A stretch of 64,000 nt of DNA from contig NC_068992.1 of NCBI RefSeq assembly GCF_001194135.2, positions 12,387,089 through 12,451,088 of the forward strand, given 5' to 3'. Below, one piece after another: positions 39,776 to 52,149 of the stretch (positions within the stretch are counted from its first letter, which is position 1; each line of letters begins with the position of its first letter). The translations under genes were made by a program, and so were the position numbers. The notes beneath the pieces were generated by a model, which was not told the DNA's origin, ran no database searches, and saw only the letters and a list, made by a program, of their open reading frames with translations. This stretch comes from Octopus bimaculoides (lineage: Eukaryota).

Positions 39776-39817
<42 letters not shown>

Positions 39818-39930
39818 AGCCGCACACACATGTACACGCAAGCACACACGCATATATATATAGAGAGAGATGGATTGATAGATAGATAGATACATACATA
39901 CAAACATATGCACAAATGGATATACATATG

Positions 39931-39980
<50 letters not shown>

Positions 39981-41414
39981 CTCACACATGGACACAAACA
40001 CATATACANNNNNNNNNNNNNNNNNNNNNNNNNNNNNNNNNNNNNNNNNNNNNNNNNNNNNNNNNNNNNNNNNNNNNNNNNNNNNNNNNNNNNNNNNNNN
40101 NNNNNNNNNNNNNNNNNNNNNNNNNNNNNNNNNNNNNNNNNNNNNNNNNNNNNNNNNNNNNNNNNNNNNNNNNNNNNNNNNNNNNNNNNNNNNNNNNNNN
40201 NNNNNNNNNNNNNNNNNNNNNNNNNNNNNNNNNNNNNNNNNNNNNNNNNNNNNNNNNNNNNNNNNNNNNNNNNNNNNNNNNNNNNNNNNNNNNNNNNNNN
40301 NNNNNNNNNNNNNNNNNNNNNNNNNNNNNNNNNNNNNNNNNNNNNNNNNNNNNNNNNNNNNNNNNNNNNNNNNNNNNNNNNNNNNNNNNNNNNNNNNNNN
40401 NNNNNNNNNNNNNNNNNNNNNNNNNNNNNNNNNNNNNNNNNNNNNNNNNNNNNNNNNNNNNNNNNNNNNNNNNNNNNNNNNNNNNNNNNNNNNNNNNNNN
40501 NNNNNNNNNNNNNNNNNNNNNNNNNNNNNNNNNNNNNNNNNNNNNNNNNNNNNNNNNNNNNNNNNNNNNNNNNNNNNNNNNNNNNNNNNNNNNNNNNNNN
40601 NNNNNNNNNNNNNNNNNNNNNNNNNNNNNNNNNNNNNNNNNNNNNNNNNNNNNNNNNNNNNNNNNNNNNNNNNNNNNNNNNNNNNNNNNNNNNNNNNNNN
40701 NNNNNNNNNNNNNNNNNNATATATATATATATATATATACAAAGTTTTAAATTTAAGAGAGAGATTTGACGCTAATATCCATTATTATATTGGTAACGAT
40801 TACATGGTTTTCTATGAACAATTATATATATATGCGTACTCACATATCTGTGTATGCTTGTCTCTGTGTGTTCCATTTTATGCTTTCTTTCCACAGTACC
40901 AGCCGGCATTAACATCTTTTCGCATAAATACACGATTTGCGATATATTTACCTAAATCTCTTTATGTTGTTAGATCAAATTCACCAGCGTCCACTTAAAG
41001 CCTTCATTTAGGGTTCATTATATAAATCAGAATCACTTAATATAATCGATATCTGCTGGAGGTTAGAAATTCAGGATTGACTTGTTGAATATAACTGGGT
41101 ACAATAAAAAACTTCTGAGAGAGTACGGGGCGGAAATTTTGTGATATTTTAAAGGGAATTCTGAGGAGCCGACATGAATAAGTAGCATTATTTAAGAAAG
41201 TCGATTTTCTCTATAAACACACTCCCTTTGTATTCTGGTTCCATGCCCAATATATGAAACGATTATCAATTCTATCATGCTTCAATTCCTTAAGATATAT
41301 TAATATGTACTTCCTTTCTTGAATTTTTTGATAATGAGCTTAAAGTCCACATATAACAACTTGTCCTCTCACTTTAGTAAGTCTATATTACACTAGACCG
41401 CTTCAATGATCATA

Positions 41415-41695
41415 CAGGCGCAGGCGTGGCTCTGTGGTAAGAAGCTTGCTTCCCAACTACGTGTGTGTGCGTGTGTGTGTATCTATGTATATATGTATAT
41501 TTATGTGCGTGAGCCTTTTTGTCTCTGTTCGTTCTGCCGCCATTGCTTGACACCCAGTATTTGCAGTTCGGCAAAAGAGACTATTAGGATAAACACCGGG
41601 CTTTAAAAGCCGGTTGATTCGACTAAAATTTGAAGGCACTGCCCCAGCATGACGGCATTCTAGTGACCGAAGCAAGTTAAATATGAAAAAAGACA
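41415..41695 (+). mobile_element. SINE family B with internal deletion and microsatellite
   Basis: Head AGGCGCAGGCGTGGCTCTGTGGTAAGAAGCTTGCTTCCCAAC, a (TG)n tract, then tail GCAGTTCGGCAAAAGAGAC...GCCCCAGCATGACGGC. Confidence 0.78.
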
Positions 41696-41939
41696 TACAC
41701 ACATACACATATTGAATTTATACATATAAAGTTACACACTTTTCAGCAATTGAGTGATTCGCCCTATATGTATGTATATNNNNNNNNNNNNNNNNNNNNN
41801 NNNNNNNNNNNNNNNNNNNNNNNNNNNNNNNNNNNNNNNNNNNNNNNNNNNNNNNNNNNNNNNNNNNNNNNNNNATATATATATATATATATAATAAATC
41901 TCTGAACGAGGTATAAACAGTAGTTGCACGATAACGTGA

Positions 41940-42175
41940 AGCATATTTGCCACTTGAATGTGGCTAACCACTAAGGGTGGGTGCTACTGTGGCTTGTAGC
42001 CCCAGGAAGACACCTCCTCCAGCTGGCTATTGACACACATTCTGTGACCTATTAGTATTTGCAAAGGGAAGCCATCCTACCCATTTTCGACCTGACGTGA
42101 TACGCACGGACCCGGGTTTCTAGGTATTTACCTGTCGTCAGCAAACCTAGACAGAGGGGTCGTGTTGGTTTTCAA
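41940..42175. other. GC-richer, hairpin-rich segment, probably an unassigned repeat terminus
   Basis: Multiple self-complementary stems are visible (see findings). Family not identified. Confidence 0.3.
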
Positions 42176-43335
42176 GTGAAAAAAGTAGATAGATAAGAAC
42201 GTGTAGTCAGAAAAATAAAAAAAATGTCTCCCCTCCTATCTTTGTCAAAATAGTAATTTCGCCTATTTTATTCCTGCATGTAAACAAAATTCTTCAATCA
42301 TACAACATTTAAACCTAAACCAACCCGAAATAATTGAACCATTTCCGCATCTCCAATTCTGTGTAGGTAGAAACTTTTTACAACGGAAATATCTAATTAA
42401 GAAAATAAATGTTTAGAAAGATGTCTAATTAATACGTCAATTTCAGCGCTTGATAATCTAATAGGAAGAGTGATCCTTAAATTCTAAGACAATCATTAAA
42501 AATCGATAAGTAGATACGTAATAGAAAAGCAATGCTCGTACAAAATTTACCACTGTTAACGATTTAAACAATATAATATTAGATCTATCTCATTCGCTAT
42601 TTCATCCCAGTACTTTCAAATACTTGAGAAATGTTTGACAATTTTAAAGGAGTGAAGCAGAAAAATGCTTGATCATATTATTGAATAGTATCCACATCAT
42701 CTTTTATTACAAATGGGAGGGATTCAATACAACATATTTGCCAATTGTTTGTTTTCATTGGTTTATAACCGGATTGTCGATTTTACTATCCTCAAAATCG
42801 CTTAGAAATGTTCCCTACTCTAGGTAGATGACAGACTGTACAGATTAAGTTAAATGTTCTTATTTCAGGCAAGAAGAATAGAGGAATACAATGGTTCTGT
42901 TCATTTAAACGTTGAAGCTGTAGGAATGTTGTGATAACAATTATATCAAATAGTTTATTCCATAGCGAGATTTGCACTACATTAATGAAACAAAACTCAC
43001 ACAAAAAAAGAAGATTAACTTAGTCAGAAACAATATAACAGTTAAATATCATGATGGAAACAATAGGTAAATGTTCCCATGAAAACAAATTATTACTTGA
43101 TTGATTGACCGGAAATGATTATGAAAGCAACCATAATGTAGTACTAGGAGAAAATTCAAAGGATATTGCTCTATTCATGAAAAAAATATCAGTTAATATT
43201 AATAAGAGTTATAATTTCACGATTCGTTCATGAGATTTGAATATAGTAGTGTCGAAAGGAAGAGCTATATATATGTATATATATCTACATAAACATATAC
43301 ATACGTATATATGTATACNNNNNNNNNNTATATAC

Positions 43336-43366
<31 letters not shown>

Positions 43367-44128
43367 AGTGTGTGTGTCTGTGTGTCTGTGTCTCTGTGTG
43401 TGCGTGTGCGTGCGTGTGTGTGTGTACAAACATACATATATATACATACATACAAACACATATGAATATATGCATATTTAGATATATATGTATATATATC
43501 TACATAAACATATACATACGTATATATGTATACATACACTCACACACACTCACATAAACACCCCTACACACACTCACACACACGCACATACTTATACTCG
43601 AAGTATTGAGTACAGTTTAGTTTATTCGTAACATTACACTGTTCACAATAGCACTAGAAAATATATTATATACACACGGAATCTTCAATCTCATAGCATC
43701 TTCTTTGATCTGGATGTTGTTTACTCCACTGGTGTAATGTCTTTGTTGATGAAAGTGTTGTCGATATCATTGAATAATGAATACTGTCATCCTGTGACTA
43801 TATTTTCCATATTTTTTTGTAACATGGACTCATTCTGCACACCTGTTCGCATAACAATAATATTTGTGTCTTCCAACTACTTATTTCTTCTCGTTCTCAT
43901 TTAAAACCTTTCCATTCTGCAAAGACACACACGGGCGAACATACAGTCGCAAATAGATAATTATGGTTGCCGTCTTTATCAATCTTTCTCTGCTTGACTG
44001 TCCTTCCGTAAATCTCAGTTTCTCCTTCTTTTCTACTTCTCTGTACATCTGTAGACACCTATGTGCGTTTCTACATTGATGCATTAATATATACGTACAT
44101 ATACACACATTTTCTAGTCTCTCTCTCT

Positions 44129-44167
<39 letters not shown>

Positions 44168-44797
44168 NNNNNNNNNNNNNNNNNNNNNNNNNNNNNNNNN
44201 NNNNNNNNNNNNNNNNNNNNNNNNNNNNNNNNNNNNNNNNNNNNNNNNNNNNNNNNNNNNNNNNNNNNNNNNNNNNNNNNNNNNNNNNNNNNNNNNNNNN
44301 NNNNNNNNNNNNNNNNNNNNNNNNNNNNNNNNNNNNNNNNNNNNNNNNNNNNNNNNNNNNNNNNNNNNNNNNNNNNNNNNNNNNNNNNNNNNNNNNNNNN
44401 NNNNNNNNNNNNNNNNNNNNNNNNNNNNNNNNNNNNNNNNNNNNNNNNNNNNNNNNNNNNNNNNNNNNNNNNNNNNNNNNNNNNNNNNNNNNNNNNNNNN
44501 NNNNNNNNNNNNNNNNNNNNNNNNNNNNNNNNNNNNNNNNNNNNNNNNNNNNNNNNNNNNNNNNNNNNNNNNNNNNNNNNNNNNNNNNNNNNNNNNNNNN
44601 NNNNNNNNNNNNNNNNNNNNNNNNNNNNNNNNNNNNNNNNNNNNNNNNNNNNNNNNNNNNNNNNNNNNNNNNNNNNNNNNNNNNNNNNNNNNNNNNNNNN
44701 NNNNNNNNNNNNNNNNNNNNNNNNNNNNNNNNNNNNNNNNNNNNNNNNNNNNNNNNNNNNNNNNNNNNNNNNNNNNNNNNNNNNNNNNNNNNNNNNN

Positions 44798-44845
<48 letters not shown>

Positions 44846-45061
44846 TTATACATACATATAAGTACATATATATGTGGTTGTGTTAGTGCGCGCGCGTGTA
44901 TTTGTGTATTCGTGTATATGCAATGCATCATGTAGCAACATAGGCATACTTGAGAAAAGCTATGCATCAATGTGTACAAGTGAATGTTCACCCACCAACG
45001 CTTGTAGTTTATATGCTCATCTATAAAACACATAAATCCATTAAAACATACATAACTATTT

Positions 45062-45215
45062 GCGTGGCTATGATGGTGCATTGAAGATTGAGACATCGTT
45101 GTTTCAATTCCTACACCGGATGGTGCGTAGCGTTTTTGAGCAAGGCACTTCATCTCACGCTGCTCTACAATCACGTCGACACATGGTGTGTGGTACACCA
45201 TGCACTTGTTCAGAC
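45062..45215 (+). mobile_element. SINE family C
   Basis: GCGTGGCT...GTTTCAATTCC (B-box-like)...TTTGAGCAAGGCACTTCATCTCACG. Confidence 0.65.
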
Positions 45216-45229
45216 AACAGAATAGGGAG

Positions 45230-45404
45230 GTGATGAGAATGAAGAGAAGGCCAAGAAATGTGAGAGAGGGTGAGCGAGAAAAAGAAGAATGGAAGCTTCG
45301 AAGACAGTGTTAAGGGGTTAAGAGTAAGAGCAAAAGCGTCGTTCAGAATTTAGATATATATATATATACTTACATACAGGAGACCAAAAGTGTACGTACG
45401 CCGC

Positions 45405-45447
<43 letters not shown>

Positions 45448-46810
45448 NNNNNNNNNNNNNNNNNNNNNNNNNNNNNNNNNNNNNNNNNNNNNNNNNNNNN
45501 NNNNNNNNNNNNNNNNNNNNNNNNNNNNNNNNNNNNNNNNNNNNNNNNNNNNNNNNNNNNNNNNNNNNNNNNNNNNNNNNNNNNNNNNNNNNNNNNNNNN
45601 NNNNNNNNNNNNNNNNNNNNNNNNNNNNNNNNNNNNNNNNNNNNNNNNNNNNNNNNNNNNNNNNNNNNNNNNNNNNNNNNNNNNNNNNNNNNNNNNNNNN
45701 NNNNNNNNNNNNNNNNNNNNNNNNNNNNNNNNNNNNNNNNNNNNNNNNNNNNNNNNNNNNNNNNNNNNNNNNNNNNNNNNNNNNNNNNNNNNNNNNNNNN
45801 NNNNNNNNNNNNNNNNNNNNNNNNNNNNNNNNNNNNNNNNNNNNNNNNNNNNNNNNNNNNNNNNNNNNNNNNNNNNNNNNNNNNNNNNNNNNNNNNNNNN
45901 NNNNNNNNNNNNNNNNNNNNNNNNNNNNNNNNNNNNNNNNNNNNATATACATATTATATAATGGAACAATACGTAACAGGTGACAACAAAACAGCCGGAC
46001 AGTTAGAAGATACAATAAAGGACACGAAAAATACAAGGGCGGGTCATTTGGAGCTCTCTATCTTCAGTCGAGATTCAGATCGTCTTTCCAGTATATATCT
46101 AAATTGTGTACGACTCTTTTACTCTTTCTTTTAACCCCCTTCACACTTTCTTGAGTCTTTCCACTTTTATTTTTCTCGCTCTCCTTCTCTCACATTTCTT
46201 GGCCTTCACTTAATTCTCATCGCTTTCTCCCTCCTTTACCTCACAGTCCCTTTCCTTTGTTTTCTCTATTTATCGTCCCTCCCTAATTCTTCAATCACTC
46301 AGCTCCCTACCTCTCTCTTCTCTTTCCATGTGACCGGTGTTCCGCCAAGCCTGACTTTTCTTTCTTGGTTTCGACTACCATCCGTGCAGCATCTCTCGTA
46401 TTTCTTCCTATTACTTACATCTTCTATGTTCCTGCCGTAAGGCTTCATTTCCATTCACGCCAGCTTAATTTAATTCGTCCTTAGTCGAAAGACACCTGTT
46501 GTTAATGTCCTGTTGTTTGTATTTGTAATTGTGTACCATTTCACTGTTTTTCTTTTTCGCCTTTGTTTTCGTATACATTCACTTGATTTCTTCCAAAGGA
46601 CCTAGTGCTCTTAGCGTAGATTTTCTTGGGGGCTGAGCAGATTGGAACAGTCTCGAGTGTAACCGGTCGAAACTCCAAGGACGATCTGAATATCGACTGA
46701 AGACAGAAAGCTCTGAATGACCCGTCCTTTTTTTTCCTGCCCTTCATTGCATCGTATAAATGTCCGTATGTTTTGTTGTCGCCTGTTACGTTATTGTTCC
46801 GTTTTTGGCA
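45230..46810. mobile_element. Nested inverted-repeat element, Penelope-like relic candidate
   Basis: 45963-46086 is the reverse complement of 46678-46801, and 45230-45360 is the reverse complement of 46092-46225. Both are roughly 75-80% identical by eye. Confidence 0.55.
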
Positions 46811-48232
46811 TTGTTTATAAATATATATATATATATATATATANNNNNNNNNNNNNNNNNNNNNNNNNNNNNNNNNNNNNNNNNNNNNNNNNNNNNNNNN
46901 NNNNNNNNNNNNNNNNNNNNNNNNNNNNNNNNNNNNNNNNNNNNNNNNNNNNNNNNNNNNNNNNNNNNNNNNNNNNNNNNNNNNNNNNNNNNNNNNNNNN
47001 NNNNNNNNNNNNNNNNNNNNNNNNNNNNNNNNNNNNNNNNNNNNNNNNNNNNNNNNNNNNNNNNNNNNNNNNNNNNNNNNNNNNNNNNNNNNNNNNNNNN
47101 NNNNNNNNNNNNNNNNNNNNNNNNNNNNNNNNNNNNNNNNNNNNNNNNNNNNNNNNNNNNNNNNNNNNNNNNNNNNNNNNNNNNNNNNNNNNNNNNNNNN
47201 NNNNNNNNNNNNNNNNNNNNNNNNNNNNNNNNNNNNNNNNNNNNNNNNNNNNNNNNNNNNNNNNNNNNNNNNNNNNNNNNNNNNNNNNNNNNNNNNNNNN
47301 NNNNNNNNNNNNNNNNNNNNNNNNNNNNNNNNNNNNNNNNNNNNNNNNNNNNNNNNNNNNNNNNNNNNNNNNNNNNNNNATATATATATATATATATATA
47401 CAGAGTGAGCGAGACAGATAGACAGTCATATATATGTGTGCGTGCGAGTTTCACACAACATTAACACCAGCGATAAAAGCAACAGCCACAACAAATACAT
47501 AAACACAAAACTGAAGAAACCAATGAGCTCATCATGATCATCAAATCAACTAATATTTTCAATTCAGCACATAAATCAACGGTTGACGAAAACATGGCAT
47601 TAATAGCTGTTTACAGTAAATACAAATTGTTTGACCTGACGTCGTTAAAACTGTAGTTGTTATTGCGTTTGTCGTTGTTTTTGCTACCGTTGGATGTTGT
47701 TAGTCGTATTATTTGTCGGTTTGGATGTTGTTGACGTTTTAGTGAAGTTGGTTATATCCCTCCCCTCCTCTCCCCCACCATTTTCTTTTTTTCTGTTTTT
47801 GTATTTTTGAATCTTCTGCCGATTTCGATTCGCATCCATACTTTCCAAGAGCTGGTAACAATCCTGAAAATAACACCGGTATACCATACATAGAAATGGT
47901 GATATTTATCTGCCTAATGCATCTTCTGTGAATCGCTTCAAATGTATATATACACACATACACATATACACACACATATATGTGTGTGTCGGTATGTGCT
48001 TGGGTGTGTACGCGTTAGTGTGTTTGTACACATATGCGTGATGGCGGAGGCATTAAAGAAAGAAAAAAACGTTGTATAAAATTGTGTTCTTTGCATTTAT
48101 TTCTCTGTTTCTTTATTTCTTTATTTATCTTTCTTGTTTGTTGAACCAAAGTCTGTAATAGGTTGCAAATTGTCTATTACGATTTGTCGGAATTAATAAC
48201 ATACGCTTTTCTCACTCTCTCTCTCTTTCTCT

Positions 48233-48279
<47 letters not shown>

Positions 48280-50760
48280 CCCACACATTATACACACACA
48301 TACACACACATATGCATATATTTACATCTAGAGAAAAAGGAAATGATTTCACAGATACATACATATAAACATACACACAAACACACACACACACACATAC
48401 ATACACACATACATACATACGTACATGCATACATACATACATACTTATGTTTCTCGCTCTGTCTAAGCGGGTTTGTCTAAAAATACCTTCCTTATTTCAT
48501 ATTAATTTCTCGAAATTATACTAGTCGGTTTCATAATTAATTATTTCCAGATTTTATCATTTATTATTCATATTAAAATATGAGAAATTCTAAAATGAAG
48601 TATGAAATTATATAGCTTCATATATTTGACTTGATGGTAGTAATAAACGTTAATAATAATATGTCCGAAATGTTAGAGAACACTTTAAAATGACAGTTAT
48701 TGAAATAAAACAACTATATTCGAAAACATCATTATTAATGTAGACACAAGGCTGCAGATCTTGTTAGAAGGTTAAAGATTCAAATGAAATAAATTCATTA
48801 CGTTACGTGAACTTTAGTTTATCGACCTCGTAAAACTAAAATATTATATACGTATGTGTGTGCGTGTATGTGAGTGTATATGTGTGTATATGTGTGTGTG
48901 TGTGTCTGTCGCTGTGTTTGAAGGTAGTACACTGCGTTTTTTCAATCTGCGGCAACTCACAGAAAATACGAATGCTCTGCTATTCAGGGCGTCTTCGAAC
49001 TACGGCGGGATACTATGCGCTTTTGCTGATCTGCCTGCTTGAACTACTAACCACTAACCAAATCTTCCATTAATTTACATCTAATTGTCTTTGAAAAAAC
49101 TGCATTACCTAATGCAATCCTGCGCGTAGGGGAAAAAAACCGCAGGATGTTCTTTACTAGAATGGTCTCTGCTGACTGTAAGTAAAATATAAGAACACTG
49201 AAAACATTATAAATCAGAGGGATCATTTACAATATGCTATTACTGCGAAAAATAACCATCAGAACTCCTTTAACCTAAACACTAGATTCTTAAATATGGG
49301 ACAAACACATAGGATAATGTCGGGATCGATATAATCTAAAAAATAACGATGGATGATTTTCATGACAGGTTTCCTGGCTCAGGAAGAAACTCGGCTAAAT
49401 ACCAGAATTTATTTATAATGTTTCGGATCAACGAAGGTCCATGTAGAAGATCACTGTTACAGTCTGTCAGATATAGGCCATGATGAATACCACAAGGTAT
49501 TGAAAATACGTATTCGCCTTTATATATTTAATCCTTTATATTGAACACTCAATATTTCATATATTCAATAAGACATATTCCATATATTCAATAAGACATT
49601 CAATACTTCATTTCATTGTACCATCCATTTTTATATTATATATTATGTATTCCATATTGTATATCCCACATTAATTTTTCAAGAATATAAATAAAACATA
49701 AAAAACAGACAGAGTTGGAACTCTTTTAAATAAAATAATATATATATATATATATATATAAACACACGCACACAAATATACGCACACATTCACACGCGCG
49801 TGCACACACACCCGTACATTCACATACGTCAGTGTGCATATATGTATGTTTACATATGTATATACACCAGCAGCAATACCCGGTCTTCCACGGATTGATG
49901 GAAAGATCATAAAATGATCGCCTTGATCGAAATGAGAAGCCGAAGCCAACGACTAACGTGAAAGCATTTGCTTTATATAAGGTTTACACATGCATTACTA
50001 CCTATCTACCTATGTCAGACACCAACAAAGTCCTTAGCCACAAGGACAAGTGTGTTACAATCATTAGAACAAAAGAACGCAAACGACAACGGTTTTCTCA
50101 AGACCGCTGAAGAGCACATCTATATCGTTAACCAAAGTCAGCAAACCATCATATGACGATAACAGCGCCGCTATTAATAACATACATAACTAACCAACAG
50201 ATACAACCAAAACTAGGAACGGCAAAGTCGGAAACATCCTAACGATCATAACGACTACAACATTCGAATGTCATCACCACCACCACCATCACCGTCATCA
50301 CTACCATGAACACCATAATAACCACAAACATCACCGCCACCATCACCTCTAACCCACTAACGCGTATTGAACGCGGTCGAATAACGTTAATTACAGAAAT
50401 TTACTTATTAACTAAGATATATTCCGATTTACATACATTTAACTTGATATTAATGGCGGTACTTAATGCAGCAATGTCAGAAATTAAATATTTGAAATGC
50501 TAACATATCTTCATATATTTATGCTCAGTATATTATGGCGGCTGATTATCTATGTAATTGTCTCAGCTTGTTTGCCTGTTTGACTGTTTATATAAATATA
50601 CGTCTCTATGTCTACGTGTGCGTAAGTTAATCTGTATATTAGTTTGACTTGCTGTGTTACGTAATATAGTTATTTCTCAGTAATATAGTGCAAACTATTA
50701 CGAGTGTGTGTGTATGTGCGTGCACCGTGCGCGCGTGTATTTACCCATAGAGTAGCGTCG

Positions 50761-50804
50761 CTGATGAGAATTAATTCTATCCGAAATCAGCCACCCGGCC
50801 GATC
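50761..50804 (+). ncRNA. Type I hammerhead-like motif (best in window)
   Basis: Complete core CUGAUGA...GAAA...UC, G10.1-C11.1 pair, stem III with 6 of 7 bp around an ACCC loop, cleavage triplet AUC. Confidence 0.55.
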
Positions 50805-50952
50805 TGTGAGAAGACTATTTCACTTCTCAGTGAATAGAAACTGATCTGGTAAACAGAAAAATGCTCTGTTCATGGCTAATAGTTATTTTGACTCTTATTT
50901 CTAGCAATTCTGGTACAGACCTGCACCAAGCCATTTCAATAATTGTTCATAT

Positions 50953-50984
<32 letters not shown>

Positions 50985-52113
50985 TATATNNNNNNNNNNN
51001 NNNNNNNNNNNNNNNNNNNNNNNNNNNNNNNNNNNNNNNNNNNNNNNNNNNNNNNNNNNNNNNNNNNNNNNNNNNNNNNNNNNNNNNNNNNNNNNNNNNN
51101 NNNNNNNNNNNNNNNNNNNNNNNNNNNNNNNNNNNNNNNNNNNNNNNNNNNNNNNNNNNNNNNNNNNNNNNNNNNNNNNNNNNNNNNNNNNNNNNNNNNN
51201 NNNNNNNNNNNNNNNNNNNNNNNNNNNNNNNNNNNNNNNNNNNNNNNNNNNNNNNNNNNNNNNNNNNNNNNNNNNNNNNNNNNNNNNNNNNNNNNNNNNN
51301 NNNNNNNNNNNNNNNNNNNNNNNNNNNNNNNNNNNNNNNNNNNNNNNNNNNNNNNNNNNNNNNNNNNNNNNNNNNNNNNNNNNNNNNNNNNNNNNNNNNN
51401 NNNNNNNNNNNNNNNNNNNNNNNNNNNNNNNNNNNNNNNNNNNNNNNNNNNNNNNNNNNNNNNNNNNNNNNNNNNNNNNNNNNNNNNNNNNNNNNNNNNN
51501 NNNNNNNNNNNNNNNNNNNNNNNNNNNNNNNNNNNNNNNNNNNNNNNNNNNNNNNNNNNNNNNNNNNNNNNNNNNNNNNNNNNNNNNNNNNNNNNNNNNN
51601 NNNNNNNNNNNNNNNNNNNNNNNNNNNNNNNNNNNNNNNNNNNNNNNNNNNNNNNNNNNNNNNNNNNNNNNNNNNNNNNNNNNNNNNNNNNNNNNNNNNN
51701 NNNNNNNNNNNNNNNNNNNNNNNNNNNNNNNNNNNNNNNNNNNNNNNNNNNNNNNNNNNNNNNNNNNNNNNNNNNNNNNNNNNNNNNNNNNNNNNNNNNN
51801 NNNNNNNNNNNNNNNNNNNNNNNNNNNNNNNNNNNNNNNNNNNNNNNNNNNNNNNNNNNNNNNNNNNNNNNNNNNNNNNNNNNNNNNNNNNNNNNNNNNN
51901 NNNNNNNNNNNNNNNNNNNNNNNNNNNNNNNNNNNNNNNNNNNNNNNNNNNNNNNNNNNNNNNNNNNNNNNNNNNNNNNNNNNNNNTATAAATGCGTTCT
52001 TCTTATGAATTTCTTTACGCATTTTGTGTACATATACATATATATATACATTTTATTCATCATTTTTTTCTCTTTACGCTATATACATATATGTGTGCAC
52101 ATATGTACATCTA

Positions 52114-52149
<36 letters not shown>

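Noticed and set aside
47805-47935. Plus-strand open frame FESSADFDSHPYFPRAGNNPENNTGIPYIEMVIF
   Set aside because: No start codon or splice acceptor in frame, and no homology I can name.
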